A stretch of 64,000 bases of DNA from Camelus ferus (taxonomy: Eukaryota), in the NCBI RefSeq assembly GCF_009834535.1, contig NC_045696.1, positions 109,680,001 to 109,744,000 of the forward strand. The letters are read 5' to 3'. The position numbers and the translations under genes are program-made. Below are positions 24,893 to 64,000 of the stretch, in pieces. Numbering within the stretch: the first letter of the stretch is position 1; each line of letters opens with the position of its first letter. The notes under the pieces are model-generated. The model saw only the letters and a program-made list of their open reading frames with translations, did no database searches and was not told the DNA's origin.

Positions 24893-27800
24893 CTCTTCCC
24901 TTATTTTGATGATCAGATTGTTGTGGCCCTTCAGGCTCGCGCCTGCTATTTTTCACAAGCCCGATAATTTTTTAAGCACTTCACTTTTTGGTAGAATAAG
25001 ACATTCAGGCTTACCTCATAGTGTCTCTATCTCAGCTCTTGTAATCTCTGTTTCTGGAATCTCATTTCTCTAAGACACTTTATCCTTTTAGCACAGAATC
25101 GTATTTGGGAACCAAAACGTGGGTGCTAGGTGTGGTCACTGCTTTGGAGATAAACTGACAGTAGGACCTCCCAAGAGACAGATATATAGATATTGACACA
25201 GATCTCCATAATAACACACACCTCTATCCATTTCCGTCTCTTTCTCCAACCATGAGTTCACACCGATTCCTCCGATTCCAGCTGAACACCACAGCAAATC
25301 TAGTTTTCTTTCTCCTCATATTTGCAACTCCCTTCTCTCTGGCAGTGAGAAAGCTGGATCCCAATATTCTCAGTATCTTTAACTATTTGCTCCCTTCCTC
25401 TGTGTATAATCAATCTCCTGATCCTCCAGCTGCCCTTGGCCCCAGTCTCTCAGGCTCCACTGCCTCTGGCCACCTCAAGGAAAAGGAGGAGAACAAATAA
25501 CTATTTTTTAACTGAAGAAAAGAACAAAAAAGGGAAGGAAAGAGAACAAAGCAGGGAAAAGGAAAAGAAAGGGGAGCTTTTTACCTGTCTCCACAGTCAC
25601 ACAGTATACTGTGAAGGGCTGAGCAGGATCGTGGGCAGAATGAGGAATAACTGAACAGAGGATGGTCAGCATTTTTCACCATTAAACAAACCTCTGGGCT
25701 CCTTTCCCTCAACTCAGTCATTCTTCTAGAATGTAATGGGACAGACTAGAGCCTATTTGTCCTTGTTTCGAAAGCCAGAGATTTCCATTCTGCAAGCAAA
25801 AGAACCTCCTAAGAAAACCCTTTCCTTATCAGTATAACGTTCAACCTAACCCAGCTGCAGCTGGCCTCTAGGCAAATAGGTACAGAAGCCACTGACCCTG
25901 AAGCTGAGTGGACTCTGGAAACTGTCATGTGTAAATAAACGAAAGTCCCTGATCAAAGGCAGGCATGCAGGAGAATTTGGTCTTCTCGGGCATGCTCTTT
26001 GCAGGTCACTTGGACATTTATGGCAAAGATGGGGAGGGGTTAGATGTCAGGGCCAGGGGCACAGTTTAGAGCCCCATGGCTGGGTTGATTTCAGGCAAAA
26101 TTGTGAAACAGGCGGCATCTGTCCCAGGATGGAATATCTGTCCAGAGGTCCCTCAGGCCTCTGCATATTGTGCATGCCTTTTATTCACCTGTCCATTCTT
26201 GAGGACAGATACTGGGTGTTGTCTTGCACGATCTGTGGAATAAAAAGCGTATGAAATTGGAGTCAGAGACTCCTGGGTTTGAATCGTAGGCCACTTAGAA
26301 GCTACATGATGCTGGACAACTTACTAATCTATTCCTAGCATCTGCTTTCTCTTTAGTAATAGGAATATGGTTACCTACCTCCTCAGGTCATTTTGAAGAT
26401 TATTCACAGTGCTATTAAAGGGCTAGTCCTGCCTGACAGGTAGCAGTCACCAACAGATGGCAGTGACTATCATTATTACAGAACGGCCAGCCCAGGCTAA
26501 GTAATCACATTCAGTGAATGAATGAAGTGGCCCCACATAATTTCTTTATGGCCTCTTCCATTGCTAGCGGGCCCTTGAGCAAAACACACCCTGCAAGAGC
26601 ATCTAGCACAATGATCTCATTTTACAGACAGAAAAACTGAAGCCCAGCCAGAGGACATAACTGGTAGGGTGCCCAGCAAAGTAGACAAAGCTAGAACTAG
26701 GACTTCGGGCTCAGCATCCTGAGCTATCCCCACCACCCTGTGACACGCTTTCTTGGAAGGTATCATTCACATTGTCTTCTAAGATCATTTAGGGATTTCA
26801 CTTCCCATTGCTCTTTTGCCAAGAGAATCCAAGTCCCGGGATCTTCCGGTGGGCCCATGAGGAGGGGCTGGTTAAGCTGAGCAGAGTCTAGTGCTCTTGG
26901 GGTAAAACAAACAGGTCACAGTTTCCTCTACCGCCCCAATGGCAAACGCCATTGATGTCCCGGCTCGCCATGGAAAAAGTCTAGCAAAGTCCACCTCGCT
27001 TCTCAGCTGTTCCAAAGTAAACCTCTGACCTACACAGATTTGTGGTCAATTGGTGTCCACTCTTGGTTTCTGCAGTTGAATTATCTTACCCTTTTAGTTG
27101 CCCTAAATGTTCTGCAGATAGGCCTTTTACATAAATATATGAAATGTGTCTATATATGCAACAAGACTTATTAGCCCCAGAGGGTAGCATTGACCTGAAA
27201 ATGGATTAAGTAGCTCCTTAATCTAAACTCCTTCACCCCAGGGGAGGGTGATGTGAGCTTGCAGAAGAATCACTGGGCTGGAGCTATGAATACACAAAAA
27301 TTGTACATCAAGGGGTGCATGTGTGTGTGTGTGTGTTACTAGGGTGAGAGTCTCAGGATTTTATTAATCCTCAAAGGGGCGCATTAGTACCCCCAACATG
27401 TTGAAATACTAAACATTAATGATCTACCTTAGTCTTCTTTCTAAGTCTTAGAATTGGGAGGAAGTGAAGGTAGGGTACTTGATGGCTCTTTTCTAGTGCC
27501 GGGGAAAAGTTCTTGGTGGACCAGGAACTTCAGGCTTCTGCCTCGGGTCTGTGCCACTCAAGACTGCAAGGGTGGCTCTCCTGGTGGGGAAACTGGTGGC
27601 AGAAACTCAAGTCCATCAGAGGCAACAGTCTCTGAGGTTTTGGGCAGCAGAACCTGAGAACTCTGTAGCAGGTCAAACTCTAGAAGAGAGTCTGCCTAGA
27701 AGCCCCAGTGTCAAGCATAAGCCTGTAGCTCCCTAGGGGCATCCTGCAGGGAGATAACCTAGGACTGGACGTGAAGACACCTTTCCCAAGGAGGACCTAA

Positions 27801-27899
27801 ATGATCTGTAGCAATTTGGTGCAAGAGACATTGGTGGAAGTGGAGTCAACTTTGTGTAGGAAAGGAACAAGGAGGATGAAGTAAAAAAAAAAAAGGTTT

Positions 27900-30120
27900 A
27901 GACCAAAGCAGACAAAGGAATAAAACCAAGAAACCCAAGAAAGCAAGCTACTATGTTTTTGAATAAATCACAAAACAACAGAAGAGGGGTCTCTGTAAAG
28001 TAAGAAACTCTTTCCTGAAAATAGCCTTGTTCTAAAAGCTCAAACTGCACCTTGAATTGAGTAATAGACAGTACCATGGTCAATTACTATACAAAGTTAT
28101 TACAAAAAATAATAAATCAGGAGAAAAATAACATCCCTACAGACAAGGAAAGCATGCCAGAAAGAGGTACCCACAAAATATCTAAACTCTGTAACCTATA
28201 CAGAAATGTGGAGAGAGCCACAAACAGTAAAGATGTGGGTAAATTTTAAAGATTTTTGTTTTTCATTTTTAAATTTCTTTAAAAGATAATAGATGGCAGG
28301 ATGTAAAAAATAATAAAAATACATCGTGGAGTTTCTAACATATGTAGCAGTGGAACGTATGGTAATGAGAGCACAAAAGACAGAAGAGGGATATCAGTGG
28401 GTAGTACAGCCAACTTGTGTCGACTCGCAAAAGCTGTGTGTATCTCTTCTCAACTCTGAACTTGTTGATGTCCCTTTGGTAGCTTGAGATCATCCATGGC
28501 CAGAGTATTTACTCCATGAAACTAGCAAATGATGCAAATCAAGGCCTTTTTTAACTTGAAGATCTAGTTGTTAAATGTTTATCCGCACATCACTGGGGAA
28601 AGTGGAGCTGTACTATATAGGATCTTATGTATCACAAAGTGATATAGCATTATTTGATGCTAGTATTAAGCTAAAGATTGAGATTATAAAACTCAGAGAA
28701 GACATTGAAAAATTTAAGAATAGCTAATAAGCCAATAGAGAAGATAAAATAAAATACTAAAAACTATTCAATTAATCCAATAGGAGGCAGAAAAGAGGAA
28801 GCAAGGAACAAAGAACAGATGAGATAGATAGAAAACAAATATGAACAATCACATGACATATAAATGAACTAAATGCATCATTTAAAAAGGAAGAGAATGT
28901 CACACTGAATGAAAAAAGAACTGAACTATATGCTCTTTATAAGAAACCCTCCTTAATATAAAGAAATAGATTAAAATTAAAAGAATGGAAAACAATACAC
29001 CAAATACAAACTATCATAAGAAAGGCAGAGTGGACATATTAATAGCCAGTGAAATAGACTTAAAGAGAAGAAGTATTTCCGGGACACCTGGGGACATTTC
29101 AAAATGATAAGGGAGTCAATTCATCAAGAAAGCCTAACATCTTAAACGTGTATGTACCCAACAAAGCCTCCACATATAGAAAGCAAAATCTGATCAAACT
29201 GGGGGAGAAATGAGCAAATCCATACTTGCAGTTGGAGAGTTCAATCCTCTTCTCTCAGTAATTAATGTAAAAAGTAGACAGGAAATGAGTCAAGCAGAGG
29301 ATTTGAACAATAACTTTAGCCAGCTTGACCTAATTGGTACTTATAGAACTATACTGCTTAGTAGCGAACTACACCAAACAATTAAGAATACCTATTCTTT
29401 TCAAGTATATGTAGAACATCCACCAAGATAGGCCATGTGCTGGGGGAAAAAAAAACCTAAAAAACCCAAACTCTCAATAAATTTAATGGGATTAAAGTTA
29501 TACAGAATATATATCCTCTACCCACAAAAAAATTAAATTAGAAATCAATTACAAAATCATATCTGGAAAATCACGACATATTTAGAAATTAAAATAGCTT
29601 TTAAATAATCAACAGATTAAAGAAGAAATCTTTGAAAAAATTAGAAAGATTTTACCTCAGTGATAATGAAAATAAGCATATCAAGATTTGTGGGATGCAG
29701 CTAAACTAGTGCTTAAAGGGAAAATTATTATTTTAAATGTCTATATTAGAGTAAAATGTTCTAAATATTGATCTAAGCTTGTACCTTAAGAATCTAAGAA
29801 AAAGAAAATTAAATGAAAAATAAGTAGAAGAAAGGAAATAAGATTAAGAGCAGAAAATGAAATAGAAAATAAACAATAATGAAAATTTTTATAAAGCCAA
29901 AAATTCACTCTAAGAAAAGTTCAAGAAAATTGATAAAGCTACAGCTAGACTGATCAAAAACAAGAAGCAAGAAAACACAAATGACCAGTATGAAAATGGA
30001 AGAAGAGATATCACTACACATCCTATAAATATTAAAAGAAGAATAAAGAAATATTTTGAATAATTTTATGGCAAAAATAGACAATTTAAGTGAAACAGAC
30101 AAATTCCTTGAAACGAAAAT
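27900..30120 (+). mobile_element. L1 ORF1/ORF2 endonuclease-region relic
   Basis: A-rich sequence with decayed EN motifs (GEFNPLLS, LDLIGTYRT, YSFQV). Confidence 0.75.
28395..28595. mobile_element. hAT non-autonomous DNA transposon (MER63-like)
   Basis: CAGTG...CACTG termini; internal TTGGTAGCTTGA, GAGTATTTACTCCA and GTTGTTAAATGTTTA match the recalled MER63 consensus. Confidence 0.65.
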
Positions 30121-30147
30121 TTTGCCACTTTAGATTTTCATTGGTTC

Positions 30148-30258
30148 TTTTTTTTTTTTTTTTTTTTGGAGGTAATTAGGTTTTTAATTTATTTTTTAAT
30201 GGAGGCACTGGGGATTGAACCCAGGACCTCATGCAGGCTAAGCAGGTGCTCTACCACC
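30148..30258 (-). mobile_element. Vic-1-like SINE
   Basis: Reverse-strand GGTAGAGCACCTGCTTAGCCTGCATGAGGTCCTGGGTTCAATCCCCAGTGCCTCC...CCTAATTACCTCC followed by poly(A). Confidence 0.85.
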
Positions 30259-30339
30259 CAACCCCATTGTTTTTTTTTTTTTAAACCTTACACTTTTTTC
30301 TTTGTTATGTTCATGTTTTCATTTAAATCCTTGGACCTG

Positions 30340-31180
30340 TTTGTAACAACTGTTTAAATGTTGTCTGAATACCATTATCTTTGTGGTTTCTAGGTATGTT
30401 TCTATTGGTTTGTTTTCCTTATGACTCTGAGTCACATTTTGTGCATCTCTGCCCATCTGGTAATTTTTCATTTGATGCTGGATACTATGTATGCTACACT
30501 GTTGAATATTTGGATTTTGTTGTCTTCCTTTAGTGAGTACTGAGGTTTGTTTTAGAAGGCAGTCAAGTGACTTGTGGATCCAGTTGATCCCACCAGGGTT
30601 AGTGTCACTCTCAGTAAGGGCCGTTTTAGAGCAGCCCTTAGTCTACAATTATTTCAGCCCCAGATGCCTTCAGTGAAAAGCTAGGTGTTCGTTGAGGTCT
30701 CTTCACCTGACTTGGTAGGAACGTGAATGATTCCTGGCCCCGTGGGAGCCCTGAGCATTGTTCAGCTTATGGGTCTCTCACAGTTATCTTTGCCTAGCCT
30801 GATGGACTTCAGTTTCATTCTACACACAGGCAGATCAGCATTTTGCCAAAGATTCAAGGAGACCCCGATACAGATCTCTTCTGTGTACAAATTCCAGTCC
30901 CCAAATTCCTATCCCTGTTTCTTCATCTCAGTGTGATGGGCTGTCTTGTGTTTCTGCTCCCTTTGTGGTGATCTGGAGATTTCCTCTAGGCTAAAAGTGG
31001 AGTTATCATTCTGTTTACATCTTCTCTTTTCCTTCTTTCAAGGATCAAAGTCCTGCACTGTTATCGTCCAATGTTTGAAAACATTTGTTTCATATTATTT
31101 TTTCCAGTTTTTCAGTTGTTTATGGAAAGAGGGCAAATCCTATAGTGGTTAATCTTCCACAGGCAGAAGCAGAAGTCCAC
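30340..31180 (-). mobile_element. Old L1 5'-region relic
   Basis: T-rich antisense L1-like sequence ending in GGCAGAAGCAGAAGTCC. Confidence 0.55.
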
Positions 31181-31571
31181 ACTCACAAAACCGACACTTA
31201 ACAACCTATAACTTAGGTCCCCAGGCAGCATTTACTGAGTCTCCACCATCGGCTGGGATCACAGTAATAACAGTGATGGCAAAATCTCTGAAAAGAAACT
31301 GACTTAAACGAGTGTAAATCAGGAAGCTGACTGTAAAAGGGTAGTAGGATTGGATTCCTGCAGTAATTTTAATATTTTTCAATTAATCTGATCAGGATTT
31401 TGATTCCACTTGACATTATGAATTTTAACTGCTCAGATATATTTTTAACATACATAAACTCATTCCTTATCCTTTGTTTTCACTGTGTAAGTCCTTGATA
31501 CGGCACACATTGATGCCTTTTTTTTTTTTTTTGCACACTTGTAATCACCAACCACTCAGACTCTCATCAGA

Positions 31572-31799
31572 TTTATTGCTTAAATTCTATTTAAGTGAGT
31601 CCACTCTTGGGTAAAATAATTAAAGAATAGGGAGGGAAGTTGAGCTCGTCTTATAGGGGGCTTAAGAAAAGATGTAATTTAGTAGATATTCCATTCAGAA
31701 GCGCAATTCTAGTATAAAGAAACAGTTCTCCCACCCTCAAATCTGAGAACATTTCATGAAGTTTTCTGAGAAGATACAATAATTTTCATTCATTTTAAT
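31572..31799 (-). terminator. Candidate ICA polyadenylation signals
   Basis: Minus-strand ATTAAA at 31794-31799 and AATAAA at 31572-31577, downstream of the stop; usage unknown. Confidence 0.45.
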
Positions 31800-31934
31800 T
31801 TTTGCATCAGTTACAGTACATAATTATAAAGATAACTGACATTAACACAGGCCCGCCACACAGACGAGTGAGAATGTGGTCCCACCACATCCACGGGTTC
31901 TGAGCATCTCAGCGGTTGCCACTTTGAGCAGTTT

Positions 31935-62428
<30,494 letters not shown>

Positions 62429-62619
62429 CTGGGGGAGAGAGGGCAGGAGTGTAAGGGACCCACCGCACCCACCTTTCTCTGCTGGAAGAAGAAGTTAAAG
62501 ACAAGGTCCAGGGTTGGCTGAGAGGGGTAGACAAAAATTGGATTGGCTGCCTGGCTCACATAAATTCTCAGGTCCCATTTCTCTGATTGTACCTTTCCCT
62601 GTGGAGAAAAAAAGCTAAA

Positions 62620-63210
62620 AGCATCCCCCAAAAGCTAAATATAGAATTACCATATGACCCAGAAATTCTACTCCTAAGTATAGATCCAAAAGAATCAAAA
62701 ACAGGTACTCCAATACATATATACAAATATTCACAGCAGCACTATTCACCACAGTCAAAAAAGGTGGAAACAACCCAAATATACATCAGTGGATGAACTG
62801 ACAAACAAAATATAATATGTCTGTACAACGAAATGTATTCTACCATAAAAAGAATAAAGTACTGCTACATGCTACAACATTGGTAAGGCTTGAAAATATT
62901 ACGTTAAACAAAAGAAGTCAGACATAAAAGGCCACACGTTATATGATTCCATTTATAGGAAGTATCTGTAATAGGTAAATCCATAGAGACAAAAAGAAAC
63001 TTGGTGGTGGCCAGGGGCTGGGGGACAGGAGGATGGGTACTGACTGCTTATGGGTACTGGGTTTTCTCTTGGGGAGATGAAATTGCATTGGAATTAGATA
63101 GAGGTGGTAGTTACCTAACACTGTGACTGTACTAAATACCACCGAATTGTACTCTTTTAAATGATTAATTTTATGTTAGTGAATTTACCTCTAAAGAAAA
63201 AAAAAACATT
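62620..63210 (+). mobile_element. L1 (L1MB-like) 3' end
   Basis: ATAGAATTACCATATGACCCAG...GTACTGCTACATGCTACAACA... followed by poly(A). Confidence 0.8.
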
Positions 63211-63461
63211 ATGAGAAGGAAGCTGTGGGCCTAGTGACTTAGTCTTTATCTTGACATTGGATACTCTAACCTTCCATGGTGATAACTGCCCAGGCATTAA
63301 AATCAGAGGCTGTTTATTTCACTGGTGCTTTAAGCTGCAGTAACTAGTGTCGAGAATATTACAAAGGCAACATGCTGCTTACAAATCTAGGGTATTTGAG
63401 CAAAATGTTATCTTAGATGAAATCTAGAAGGTGAAGGTGACAGCATTAACAGCCAGCAATT

Positions 63462-63790
63462 TTTTTTCTTTTTTTTTTTTTAATTTGAAGTACAGTCAGT
63501 CTACACTGTTGTGTCAATTTCAGGTGTACGGCACAATAGTTCAGTCATACATGTACCTACGTATGTTCACTTTCATATTCTTTTTCTTTCTTGTTTTTAA
63601 TAGGAACATACATATATTTGTTTTCATATTCTCTTTCAGTTACTATAAGATAGTAAATATAGTTCCCCGTGCCTCTATTCTTTTTCATTATAAGTTACTA
63701 CAGATACTGAATAAAGTTCCCTGTGCTGTACAGTATAAACTTGTTGTTTATCTATTTTATATATAGTAGTTAGTATCTGCAAATCTCAAC
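63462..63790 (-). mobile_element. Lineage-specific L1 3' tail; similar copies at about 42360-42600 and 55728-55915
   Basis: Poly(T) then TTGAAGTACAGTCAGT...GTTACTACAGATACTGAATAAAGTTCCCTGTGC, shared among the copies. Confidence 0.7.
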
Positions 63791-64000
63791 TAGTGATTTT
63801 TGAGGAGGCCTCGCATGTCAGGGAGTGGGCGAGGTACATGGCCCTCTTCTAACGTCCACAAGTGTTCTGCCAGTTGAATATTGGTGTTCCAATTTTGTAG
63901 ATGAGACTAAACAAAAAAAGCAAACAACAACAAAAAACTGTCAGAGGCATCAAATAATGAGAGATGAAGCTAATATTTGAAACACTCAGCTCTATTTGAC

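Noticed and set aside
16730..30120. L1 ORF2-like peptides
   Set aside because: Riddled with stops and frameshifts; inactive relics.
62430..64000. Search for ICA exon 1 and promoter
   Set aside because: No signal-peptide exon found; the segment is mostly L1 relics, so exon 1 presumably lies beyond the window.

Overview
Mammalian genomic DNA, probably a camelid (Vicugna/Camelus), judged from several tRNA-derived Vic-1-like SINEs (GGGGAGGGTATAGCTCAGTGGTAGAGC...AATAAACCTAATTACCTCC). The window holds two tandem transferrin-family genes on the minus strand. (1) Serotransferrin TF: exons 1-8 (12684-414; exons 9-17 lie beyond the left edge), its proximal promoter, and a liver enhancer about 3.6 kb upstream. 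(2) Its upstream paralog, inhibitor of carbonic anhydrase (ICA/INHCA): exons 2-17 (62428-31935; exon 1 lies beyond the right edge), which splice into an uninterrupted ORF (699 aa if exon 1 is 43 nt as in TF). The rest is intronic or intergenic DNA rich in L1, L2, MIR, SINE, hAT and solo-LTR relics; most ORFs in the supplied track are spurious. Main observations: exon 7 is 97% identical between TF and ICA while neighbouring exons are 69-82% identical, pointing to gene conversion. The ICA N-lobe metal site is remodelled (D63E, Y95H, R124W; Y188 and H249 kept). The TF enhancer lacks the HIF cores I recall from the human ortholog. A 43-bp inverted repeat brackets about 1 kb upstream of TF. Tandem splice donors and an in-frame stop sit at the ICA lobe boundary. 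Two related ERV solo LTRs lie inside ICA. Residue numbers follow mature human TF; all identities were counted by hand, and cross-species comparisons are from memory and need checking.
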